The notes under the pieces were generated by a model, which saw only the letters and a list, made by a program, of their open reading frames with translations, ran no database searches and was not told the origin of the DNA. A program made the position numbers and the translations under genes. A DNA stretch of 63,722 bases, the filler included, from Hyphochytrium catenoides (Eukaryota > Protista > Hyphochytriomycota): the NCBI GenBank assembly GCA_900088475.1. It is 7 parts of 7 records of this genome, joined end to end, with 100 filler letters (N's around TTAATTAATTAA, not from the genome) between each part and the next. Parts side by side here need not be neighbours in the genome. Positions count along the whole stretch, not along the records: positions 23,244 to 34,990 come from FLMG01002786.1; 6 more parts are not named here. One strand, given 5' to 3'. Shown piece after piece: positions 23,940 to 34,629 of the stretch; the stretch's first letter is position 1, and every line of letters starts with the position of its first letter.

Positions 23940-24390
23940 TACGCTCCGGTATATCCAGACACCCTCCAATATTAATTCAAAGTGCTCACCATCAAATGAT
24001 AAAACCTAACATGCTGTACGCTCCGAGCGATTTAACTCGGGCAATATAGTGAGCCATTCGGTTCTGTGACCACGGATGACCATCACAGTTCCATTTGAAT
24101 CTAGAGCTTACAGAGTTCTCTAGATTCCGGGGGAGTGTTGAACTGTGATTGACGCTGAAACCAAAAGGTGTACAGCGGACGACGCAGAGGGGAAATTCCC
24201 TGGTATATAAAGAAAAACGGAGAGTAGTCAACAGTACGTTTGGTGTATGGTGCATACTGGTTAGGGTGTCGGAATCAAAGACAGAGGTCCTGGGTTCAAA
24301 TCCCGGAGCGTACAAAACTTTTCTCCGGTATATCCAGACACCCCCCAATATTAATTCAAAGTGCTCACCATCAAATGATAAAACCTAACA
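23940..24390 (+). mobile_element. TRIM-like miniature LTR retroelement with a tRNA-like unit in its LTR; 5' LTR truncated
   Basis: TSD AATCC (23935-23939, 24391-24395). 68-bp direct repeat 23944-24011 / 24323-24390 with 1 mismatch, ending CA. PBS-position sequence at 24012-24025. PPT GGGGGAG at 24129-24135, followed by a TGTTG...TAACA LTR at 24136-24390. Removing the element restores the host gag sequence. Confidence 0.85.
24234..24314 (+). ncRNA. tRNA-like Pol III unit (tRNA-Pro-like) inside the TRIM LTR
   Basis: 7-bp acceptor stem GTACGTT/AGCGTAC plus discriminator A; D arm with TGGTGTATGG A-box; T arm CTGGG-TTCAAAT-CCCGG (B-box); TTAGGGTG resembles a Pro(AGG) loop, but the anticodon stem is degenerate with about 9 extra nt; TATATAA about 30 nt upstream and TTTT at 24319-24322. 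Confidence 0.72.
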
Positions 24391-25054
24391 AATCCTCCAT
24401 CCCTTGTAGCTTTGATATCATAACCACGAAAGAGCTCATAATGCTGATGATTCTGGCGGCTTGAAAAAGGTCTTGATAATGAGAATGGAAAGAGAAATGG
24501 ACAATATGAGACTGTGTGTCGATAGGATTCGGTGTTCTTCTTGCCTTGATAAATTGGACGATATCTCCATGACGAAGCGGTTTCAGAAGAAAATGATGGC
24601 ACCAATGAACTCAGCGACGCCGATTTACCCCCTGTCACTCTTTGAAAGCTCCGAAAAGAGGTGATTTTGGGCCGAAATCGTGCTTGAAACTTTCCCTTTA
24701 AAAAGTGCTCATATGGTTGCAATTTTCGCTGTAGGGGTTGAAGTTTATACCGAAATTTTGGATGAAACTTCTCAATGTTTCGAATGTTTCTGCGAAGTTT
24801 TCGTTGAAATATTTCCGAAAGTTTCGATGAACCAAGATTGTCGTTAGCGGGTATATAACCGTACACATAGCCGGTACTGTTAGTTGTTATGTCCGCCGGC
24901 GAGACCGGGTAGCCGTTATTGCCCAGTGGAGCTCGTTGGCTGCTCCAGGGGGCCGACTTGATCTTGGTCTCGGCCGGATCGCAATGGTCCTGTGGTTGGC
25001 TCAGAGGCCTCAGAACAAGTTTCCGAGTCCTGGGGGACGCGTGGGCCCATAACC

Positions 25055-25383
25055 TGTTGGATTATATGGGATGATTGGACAATGTCATTAGATGAGAGTG
25101 CTCTACTTATTAGCCCAACTGGGATCCCATAATCTAAAGCTATCCTGACTATGCCAACTATTCCTAATATAGTCTAAGATATGGAGTTATAGAGATATCC
25201 CTGTCTGGAATAGTCAGTCCTGAAGGTGTTCCTGGGTACTGACCATAAGCCATAGATATAAACAGGGACATTTCGTTTGCTTCATATCTCGGCTTCTACT
25301 GGGGGTTTAGAGCTGAAAGTTGAGTAGTTAAGCTTGCCAGCTTGTAGTCCACATAGTTGTGCCCTCAGACTCCAAAAGTAACA
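25055..25383 (-). repeat. LTR family A, copy 1 (5' LTR of element A)
   Basis: TG...CA bounded, about 329 bp, closely similar to the copies at 30521 and 32113; the right boundary is uncertain by a few bases. Confidence 0.88.
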
Positions 25384-28300
25384 GGCGTGCTGATTGGGTT
25401 ACAATCTTCCATGTCATAGCGTTTTAGAAGGTCTTGAATAAATCTTCGTTGGCGAAGGTAAATCTTTCGATTTTTTCGATCCCTAATAACTTCTACTCCT
25501 AGGAAGTATTGGAGTTCTCCTAAGTCCTTCACATCAGATCGTCCTTTAGAAGTCCTTTAACTTGATCCGCACGAATGTTGCTTGGGTTGAAGATCAGCAG
25601 GTCGTCTACGAAAGTCGACACGATAGTCGGCTTGCCATCCTCCCCGGACCTGTTGATGTAGACGCAAGGTTCACACAAGCTGGGTGGCGAGGACTTTGTT
25701 TGAGCCCATAAATGCTGCGCTTGAGCTTACAAACCAGATGTTCCGGTCCTGGTTGAGCGAATCCTGGGGGTTGGCGCATGTATATGGTCTCGTCAAGATC
25801 TCCATGGAGAAAGGCAGTACGAATATCCAGATGGTAAACTCAGGGACGTACATCGCAGCTAGAGAGAGGATACATCGGACGGACTCATAGCTGACTACTG
25901 GCGCAAATACCTCGTTGTAATCGAACCCCTGTTTCTGATTGTAGCCTTGAGCAACGAGCCGCGCCTTATAGCGATCGATGGTGCCATCACTTCCATATTT
26001 TACGCGAAATACCCATTTACACCCAATGACGTTTGCTCCTGGAGGACGTTCAACGATTCCCAAACGTCGTGTTGTTCCTCCATAGATGCCATTTCACTGA
26101 GGATAGCGGCGTTCCACCACTCCGACGCATCCGGTCCAGAAAGAGCTTCCTCTATCGTTCGGGGTTCATTGGGTGATAAGGAGTTGCCAAGGTGATTAGC
26201 CATAGAGAAAGTAGAGTCTTCTTGTTGAAGTCGGCGTTTGAAGAAAAGCGGAATGCGAGAGGGAGGTACTTGTTGTTGTGGGGAATTGGTTGCTCATGCT
26301 GGGGTTTGGACAAGGGGTTGTGCAGACTGTCTGGGCAATCGCGCAGGTTTCCGCAACGGCCATCGGGAGGTGAACACGGATCTATCGAAGCTGAATTGTC
26401 GTTGCCGCATACGGCGTCTGCTGGTTCAGGGGCTGGCAAGGTACGGGCAGCAGTATCGGGGTCTTTGGCGAAGGTATTCGTTGGGGGGAGGCACTTGTGC
26501 TTGGATGGACATATGTTGATCAGAATCCCCTTGACTATTCGGATTGGTAGGGAGGGAGCTGTCGTCCTCGCTAGTACATCAAAGAGATGGAGTACGGAGT
26601 CACGCAGCTGAGGCGAGGTTTGAAGTAGCGAATCGAGTCAAAGTCCCCTTCATCGAACACAACATCCCTACGCTCAATGATGGTACCACTCTCTCTTTCA
26701 TAAAGTCGATAGGCCTTTTGAGTTGTCTGGGTAACCAACGAATATGTAGGGCTTTGAGTTGGGGTCCATCTTCTGCCTCTTCGAGTCCGATACGAGTGCA
26801 TAAGCAAGACAACCAAAGACACGGAGATGACTAACGTCCAGTTTTGGCATTGAACCATTTTTCATAGGGAGTTGCTCCATGTAAGGCGCTTGTTGGGGAG
26901 AGATTACCTACGTATGCAGCCGTTAACAAAGCTTCACTCCAAAAGGAGGGCGGTAGCTTGGCAGCATGTAGCATGCACCGGGCAGACTCCACAAGAGTCC
27001 TCTGGGGCCGCTCGGCAACTCCGTTCTGCGCTGGACTGTATGGAGCTGTAAGCTCATGTAGAATGCCACGTGTCTTGCAATACTCCTTCATAGCCTCGGA
27101 GCTGTATTCGCCACCTCGGTCGCTCCGAAGACATTGAACTTTAAGTCCTGTTTGGCGCTCAGCCATCTTGATGAAGGTGTCAAGGTGGGTGATGACCTCA
27201 CTCTTACTGTTCATGAGGTACAAAAAATTCCGACGAGTATAGTCATCGACGAAAACCACATAGTAACGATGACCGCCAAGGCTAAGTGTATTGACAATGC
27301 CAGCATCGGAGTGGACTAGTTGAAGGGGGCGTTGTGTTTTACGGTGTGATTGTTTAGGAAACTTACGGCGGGTCAGTTTCCCCGAGACACAACCCGACCA
27401 GAGAGACGTCGTTATCGTTGGTGATCTTCATGCCCGAAGAAACCGTTGCCAATTTCCGTACATCTGGAATGTTTAGATGTCCCAATCTGCGATGCCAGAT
27501 GGTGACTGATTGGCGGCTGATAGCGGAAGCAGAAGAGTCTATTGTCTCAGTATCGGATGAGGTGGTGTAGGCACTGGGAGAACTGCTTGCTGGAGTACAG
27601 TCAGTTAAGGTACCGGTAGAGCCCGTCACGTAAAAGAGACTCCCAATGCGTTCGCCAAGGGTACTGGTTGGTGCGACAAAAAGCAGCTGAGGTAGGGGTT
27701 TGGGCGGTAGATAATAGACCTGTCCATCTTGGGTAAGAAGTACGTGGTAACCTTTATCGAGCTCCTTGCTGATTGAGAGTAGATCTTTGGTGAATCCAGG
27801 AGCATGTAGGACGTTTTGAAGAGTTACAGTGGCTGTCCGGTTGGTCGGTGATGTGAGAGAGAGCTTGACTGATCCTTGTCCGATGGCCCGAACGCTTCTG
27901 TTGTTGTCGGCTGTGAGTAGTAGAGGTATTGGATCTATGACTTTGTAGTCCTGGAAAAGCGGCCCGTTGCCGGTGATATGATCTGTGGCACCGCTATCAA
28001 TGATCAACCGTACTGCGTTGTTGCTCTTCTCTGTGAAAGCCACTTTTGCTTGTGATTTTGGAAGGGGGTCTTTTTCGTTTTCGTCGGCACAAGGAGACTT
28101 GGTATAAGCAACAATTCCAAGAGAGTTGATTAGCTCCTCGCGCTGATTCGCGTCAAGGGCATTAATAAAGGCCGCAAATGCAGCTGCAGATTTTGCAGCT
28201 GGCTCAATAATATCTTTACCATTAGTGCGCGATTTCCAACCCGCCGGACGACGATGAGCATTGGCCTCCAATTCCCAACATAATTCTGCACGATGGGTCC

Positions 28301-28930
28301 GTCCATTGCAATGGGGACAAGGATTGCGTCTTCCTTTTCCGGTGTCTCCTTTCTGAGGATTCGGGCGTTCGGTGTGAGAAGCTTCTCTTTCATCAGTAGT
28401 GGTCTACTGCTGAGCAGCTACAGCTCTACGGCGATTAAGCTCATTAATGAGAATCTCTTCCACTTGATCAGCAGTCAGAGTGCCAGTACCGCGGACCTGA
28501 TTTGCTTCCACAGTGCCCCGGAATGATTCTGGCAACCCCATTAGGATGGATGCAATGAGGAGCCTGTCACTGAAGTCTTCGTTAGTCATCATCTCAAATC
28601 GCTTTGTCTGCGTTGTTCATTCAGATAGGTTCTTAGATCATCTCCATCCCTTTGTTTGTTGGTAAGGAAGGAGATGAGGGTTGTCACAACATTCTTGACA
28701 TTGCGGCTCTCGGACTCCTCTTGCAGTTTCAACCATGCCTCCCTGGCAGTTCCCTTCCTTGGTAAGAAGCGCACGAGGTTGTCGGACACGGCAAGGACAA
28801 TCTTGTTGTAGGCTGTCTTGTCATCCCTGAGCCATTTGGAGTCCTGTTCACGTCCGGCGGTTTTCTTGTCCTCCTTTTTAGAATACGCTGTAGAGGCTCC
28901 AGAGGGTTCCGGATCCGTAATGTGGTCCAT
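25384..28930 (-). mobile_element. Ty1/copia element B, decayed gag-pol interrupted at both ends by other elements
   Basis: gag (WLRDDKTAYNKIVLAV), CCHC knuckle CPHCNGRTHRAELCW, protease IIDSGATDH, WHRRLGH, integrase (VFVDD, SDRGGEY, QNGVAER), RT (KWVFRVK, RYKARLVAQG, FVDD); several frameshifts; copia domain order PR-IN-RT. Confidence 0.93.
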
Positions 28931-29683
28931 TATTAGGACATAGACGTTACGGGTACTTCTGTGTGTTATGGGAAAGAGGAATGTGAAAAGAATTTCCAGA
29001 AGAACACAGGAACAGCACAGGAGAGAGAGATGATGAGGGAAGCTGGGCCGAGCAAAAATCTCGAGACCAGACTCTCAGGACTCAGCAATCATTCAGAGAA
29101 ATCTCAATCATAGATCAATACCAAGTCCCTTTGTTATCGTTTGATCTGGATTGTGCTCATACAGAAGCTTCAGGCATTGTCACCCAGCTCTGTAAAGTTC
29201 ATCACTAGTATAGACGCTAACTTGTATAACCTCAATAATCACTCAGTTTTTCCCGTCACCAGAGACATCTCCACAAATCTGACTAATATAATGGTAGCTG
29301 AGCGAAAGAATAGTGTCAAGGTGGTACATGCCGCACTGGACTTGCGGGACGCAGTACGAGTGGCTCAGAGGGAGGTGGTGAGTGCTACAATGTTCGTTCT
29401 CAGTAGTACAGTAGTCACACCTAGCTCTCAGGGACATAGACGTTACGGGTACACCTGTGTTATGGGAAAGAGGGATATGAGAAGAATTTCCAGAAGAACA
29501 CAGGAGCAGCACAGGAGAGAGAGATGATGAGGGAAGCTGGACCGAGCAAAAGATCTCGAGTCCAGACCAGGCTCTCAGGACTGAGTGATCATTCAGAGAA
29601 ATCTCCATCACACATCAATACCAAGTCCCTTTGTTATCGTTTCATCTGATTTGTGCTCATACAGAAGCTTCAGGCATTGTCAC
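28931..29683 (+). mobile_element. LTR family D: putative full LTR 28931-29288, PBS, and a second partial LTR copy 29432-29683
   Basis: About 250-bp diverged direct repeat (28936-29183 vs 29432-29683); inverted ends TATTAG...CTAATA; TGGTAGCTGAGCG at 29292-29304 resembles an initiator-Met tRNA PBS. Confidence 0.65.
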
Positions 29684-30164
29684 TCATCAGGAGGACCCTG
29701 AGATTGCGAAGATGCGACAGCTATTAAGGGATTCGTCGGAAGAGCAACGCAAGCGGATCGGTTATGTGGTCGAGGAGGGCCTCCTGTACCGTGATTTAGA
29801 AGTCGTCCCTATTGGACAAATGAGGAAGACGATAGTAGTGCCCCAGGCTTATCATCGTCAAGTACTCCGGTGGTTTCACGATGAAGCCTCACACATCGGT
29901 CGGGGTCACGCGTACGTACAAGTCCATAGTGTTGCGGTACTATTGACCAAACCTACATAAGGACGTTCGCCAATATATTGCTGAATGTGTGATATGTCAA
30001 GAGCCTCCCTCCGCACACGAAACAGCAAAGGAACGGCCAACCCTACAGCTTGCAGCCAGAGTCTGTCAACGACGTGTGGGTCTTGGACGTCAAGCATTTT
30101 TCGGCGGCATGGGGTGCCTAAGTTCAATGTAACCGATGAGGAAGGAGAAGAAAAGAACTACGAA
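29684..30164 (+). pseudogene. Ty3/gypsy integrase zinc-binding (H2C2) fragment
   Basis: QEDPEI...GLLYR...IVVP...VLRWFHDEASHIG, then after a frameshift and stop YYxPNLHKDVRQYIAECVICQ. Confidence 0.8.
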
Positions 30165-30520
30165 TGTGGTCAAATCTGTCCAGGTTCAATGGCCTAGAGT
30201 GCCTCTGAGGCACGTGTAAGTGCCAGTGTGGTCACATGAGGCTTTGTGTCATAAATCTTGTGACACTTATACTGGCTGCCAGTCAATGCCTGTCAGCTTG
30301 CCCCATTGAAGGTTGCAGCCCAAGTGTGGGAGTCCCACATGTTCCAACACTCCCCCTGAGTCTCACAACGTTAGGTCCCTAAAGTTGTAAGGAGCCTTTG
30401 AGGAAGTGCAGGCGGAAGAATGCCTAGACGCTCCCGCAGTCTGCAGAGAGCATTGCGAGGCAGGGCCTCGGTCAGAATGTCTGCCACCATGTCACCAGTC
30501 GGGCAATAACGCAGGCAGAT

Positions 30521-30845
30521 TGTTGGATTATATGGGATGATTGGACAATGTCATTAGATGAGAGTGCTCGACTTATAAGCCCAACTGGGGTCCCATAAAC
30601 TAGAGCTATTCTGACTATGCCAACTATTCCTAATAAACCCTAAGATATTCAGTCATAGAGAAATCCCTGTCTAGAACAGTCAGTCCTGAAGGTATTCCGG
30701 GGTCCTGACAATAAGCCATAGATATAAACAGGGACATTTCGTTTGCTTCATATCTCGGCTTCTACTGGGAGTTTGGAGCTGAAACTTGGGTAGTTAAGCT
30801 TGCCAGCTTGTAGTCCACATAGCTGTGCCCTCAGACTCCAGCAAG
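30521..30845 (-). repeat. LTR family A, copy 2: solo LTR in the RNase H of element C
   Basis: Matches 25055-25383; flanked by duplicated CAGAT (30516-30520, 30846-30850); removal restores KDICLRYCPTGDM. Confidence 0.9.
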
Positions 30846-32112
30846 CAGATATCCTTGGCTTTAATCTTTTCTCGTGCGTAGAAGTACCGAACGTCAACAA
30901 ACTTAGATCTTCCAGGTGGATTGTCTGTCTTCGAGCAAAGTGTGATGCAGGACTGATTATCCTGCCAGAGTGTTGTTGGGCTTGATTGTTTGAAGCCAAG
31001 TTCTTCTTCCAGCATGCTGCGGAGTATTAATACCTGTTGAAGGACTGCTGTAAGTGCAACACATTCCGCATCTGTTGTAGAGAGAGTCACGAGAGACTGC
31101 TTCTTCGATCGCCACTGGACAGCTCCAAGCCCTAGAGAGCACAGATAACCCGATATGGATCTTCGAGTGGACGTACAGTTGGCCCCGTCAGCATCTGCAT
31201 GTGCTTCTAACGGCTTTAGATCAGCGTGTCCTCCTAGACGAAGCTCGTAGTCCTTGGTTCCTTTGATGTACCGGAGTACCCTCTTGACTGCTGCCCAGTG
31301 ATCCTGCCCATAGCTGCAGCTATGTTGTGAGAGCATGCCGATGACGGAGGCCAGGTCAGGACAAGTAGCTACCATCAGGTACATGAGAGAACCAAGTGCT
31401 TCTCGATAAGGAATTGCTTTGTCTGATCTAATTGGCCGGTTAGTTTGGGCAACTTTAGTGCAACTTCACATGGTGTCTGTGCTGGGTGACAGTCTTCCAT
31501 GCTGAATCGTTCCAGAATTTCCTGCACGTATCTTTCCTGGGATAAGTAGATAACCCTCTCATCTCTGTCCCGACGAATCTTGAGACCAAGAAAGTAGAGT
31601 AGATCACAAGATCCTTGATCTCAAAATTCCGCAGGAGCTCCTTCTTCAGAGCCTTGACTTGGGAGAGGTGAGAGCCAAATAGGATGAGATCGTCCACGTA
31701 GACAGCTACAATCAGCAATGCAGAATGGGTCTTCTTCAGATATACGCAGGAGTTGAAGAAGGTCGTTGGTGAAAAACCTTGATCCTTCAAGAAGCTGTCC
31801 AGCCGCTTATTCCATTGCCTTGCGCTTTGCTGTAACCCATAGAGACTCTTCTTGAGTCGACAGACTCTTTGATCACCAGTATGCGGCTGCATCATGTATA
31901 TTTCTTCTTCCAGTTCGCCAAAGTGAAACGCAGAGCAGACGCCCATTTGTTGAGATTCCATATCCAAGCTGGCAGCTAGAGCAACAAGGAGAATACGGAG
32001 CGAGTCGAAATGAATGACTGGGGCAAAGGTTTCGTCATAGTGAATGCCGTATTTTTGCGTAAAACCCTTGGCAGCTAAACGTGCTTTGTAGCGCTCCACT
32101 GAACCATCGCTC

Positions 32113-32349
32113 TGTTGGATTATATGGGATGATTGGACAATGTCATTAGATGAGAGTGCTCGACTTATAAGCCCAACTGGGGTCCCATAATCTAGAGCTA
32201 TCTTGACTAACCCAACTATTCCGAATAAAGTCTAAGACATGGAGGTATAGAGATATCCCGGTCTGGAATAGTCAGTACTGAAGGTATTCCGGGGTCCTGA
32301 CCATAAGCCATAGATAAAAACAGGGACATTTCGTTTGCTTCATATCTCG
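32113..32349 (-). repeat. LTR family A, copy 3: truncated solo LTR in the RT of element C
   Basis: Matches the first ~235 bp (plus-strand sense) of copies 1 and 2; GCTC on both flanks; removal restores WVFKIKLKSDGSVERYKARL. Confidence 0.88.
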
Positions 32350-34629
32350 GCTCTTCAGTTTAATCTTGAACACCCATCTGGCTCCAACGGTAGCTTGACG
32401 ACCAGCGGGAAGTTCCACTAGTTCCCGTACTCCAAGTCTCTCCATTGCTGCCATCTCTTCATCCATAGCCTGTTTCCAGGCAGCTGGGACGATTGAGCGC
32501 TTCTTCCTTCACAGTCTTTGGTTCAGAGAGGAGAGGAATGCCCTCCAGAGAATTCAGTTGTGAGTTTTGGAGAAGACGCGTCTGCTTCCGCGTCACCGGG
32601 CCATCTCTTCTAGTCAGTTCAGCTCCGTCCACAGAGTCATCATCAGATGAGGCATCTTCTTACTCAGAGAACTCATCTGCAAGAGGTGCTTTACGGTCGC
32701 TATCAGTAGATTCTCCCCCTAGACCGTTAGAGCCGTCGCTGTCATAGGACCACCAGGATGCAGGTGAGAGAGAGGGTTGACGAGAAGAAGAAGGATATCC
32801 ACTAGCCGCCTCGTTGAAGGTCACACTGCCGCGCACCAGCGTCTGTCCAGTCTCGGGGTCATAGAGGCGATAGGCCGGCAGGGAGAGATGGTAGCCAAGG
32901 ATAAACACGTAGGGCTTGGACTTAGGGTCCAACTTCTTCCGCTGTGGGTCAGGAAGGAGGGCATACCCGCGACAGCCAAAGACCCGAAAGTGACGCAAGT
33001 CAGGTTTCTTCCCTGTCCAGGCTTCGTATGGGGTTTTACCCTCAAGAGCTTTAGTAGGGGAACGGTTGCGGAGATAGGCAGCCGTTGCCATCGCTTCAGC
33101 CCAAAACGAAAGAGGGAGAGAAGCCTCATGGAGAAGGCTGCGGGCAGCTTCCATAAGAGTGCGATTGCACCGCTCAGCTATGCCATTCTGCTCTGGAGTA
33201 TGAGGAACGGTAGTCTGGAGAGTGATTCCACGTTTCCGGCAGAAGAGCTTCATCTCATCAGAGACATACTCCTTCGCGTTGTCGCACTGCAGAATGCGGA
33301 TCTTGCCACCGCCAGTAGCAGTGCTAGACCAGGCGTAAAAGGACGATAAACTGGCAACCACCTCCGCCTTAGACTTCGTAAAATAAAGAAAGACACCGTT
33401 AGAAGCTTCATCGATAAAAGTCTGCCAGTAGACAGCACCGGAGAGAGATGGAACGTGAACACTACCAACATCAGTGTGTACAGTCCAGACAGTCTGGGTG
33501 GCTCGAGGGGTACTTCTTTGTTTTGGTACAGGTGCCTTGCTCAGTTTTCCCAGAGCACAGCCCTCACAGAACGCATCTGGGGTGCTGGAAGAGGAAAGTG
33601 TGAGACCAGTGGCCATGGTGGCAAGGCGTTTAACATCACGGTGGTTAAGGTGACCAAGTCGACGATGCCAAAGCATACAGGAGCGGTCCGACAAATCTCC
33701 ACTACCACCCATGACAGCATCGGCGTGGAGATCATGGAGCGGAGGAGGTGTGGAAACTTGCCAGGAGCAGAAATCGATCCCATCTTTTTAGAAGCTAATC
33801 TTGTCTCTAACTTTACCGTCCTTGCGAATAAAGATAACAGAGTCTTCCAACAAGGAGAATCGGGCCGTAGGATCTCCCTCAGCCTTCTTATGTTCCCTCG
33901 CCTTTCGAAGCGAGAGAAGGTTCTTTGGGAAACCAGGTATGTAGAGGACGTCTCTTAGGACCCAGATTTCTGAAGATTCAAATTTGCGCAAATGAACCTC
34001 CCCAATGCCTTGGGCTGTGATTGCTTCATTGGTTGCAGTATACAGCGTGAGCCCAATCGCGATGGGTTGGTATGTAGAAAGCCACTCAAGATGACCTGTA
34101 AGGTGCTCAGAAGCACCAGAGTCTAAGATACACCAAGAAGCCTCATTAAAGGAGGAAGAAGAAGAGGATGCCGCCGGAAATGGCGGAGAGGGAGAAGGAT
34201 CCAGAGAGGGGTCCGAGTAGGGGTGCAGGTGAGGGAGAACAGACTTTTGCACTCTTGTCAGTAGAGGCTGTGTATGCAGTCCCATAGCCAATTTCATCTG
34301 GAAGATCATTCTCTTCTGAAGATGGAGAAGTGTCTCGCTTGGTGGCTGCAGCTGCGCTTTTCCTCTTGCCAGGCTGCTTCTTCCTAGACGTCCACTTTTC
34401 AGGGCGTTGACCCGCATTCTCTTCCAATTCCCAGCAATTCTCAGGACGATGAGTAGTGAGGCCACAGTGAGGACACTTCTTCTTGGCCGTTTCACTATCG
34501 TCTCCTTTCGCTTTGTTGGAGCGTTTTACTCGTCCCCCCAAACTGATTCGCTTGTCCAAAAGGAGAGTCATCTTTTGATGGAGGACTGGGTGAGCTCCTT
34601 TTCTTCCTTGACAGATAGCGCAGGTTGGC

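Larger units (their letters stand above)
23244..25383 (-). mobile_element. Ty1/copia element A, 5' part (LTR, PBS, leader, decayed gag), cut by the contig end
   Basis: LTR about 25055-25383, directly followed on the minus strand by PBS GGTTATGGGCCC. gag starts near 24421 (MISKLQGMEDYPVWRLKMEAYL once the TRIM is removed), then frameshifts into WLKNDKRAFNKIVLAV...TAREAW. Confidence 0.88.
30165..34625 (-). mobile_element. Ty1/copia element C, decayed gag-pol with PPT and 3' LTR (about 30165-30349)
   Basis: CCHC knuckle CPHCGLTTHRPENCW, protease ILDSGASEH, integrase (WHRRLGH, DNAKEY, EQNGIAER), RT (RYKARL, SLYGL, YVDD), RNase H (ADAD, WQDNQS, CPTGDMVADILT); PPT AGGGGGAG (30357-30350) abutting TGTTGG. 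Confidence 0.93.

Noticed and set aside
24234-24314. Functional decoding tRNA (Pro, or an opal suppressor from the TCA in the loop)
   Set aside because: The anticodon stem does not form a canonical 5-bp stem with a 7-nt loop; reported only as tRNA-like
24351-24866. 171-aa ORF as an extra retroelement gene
   Set aside because: No recognisable motif; it lies in the leader of element A and its 3' end is created by the TRIM insertion
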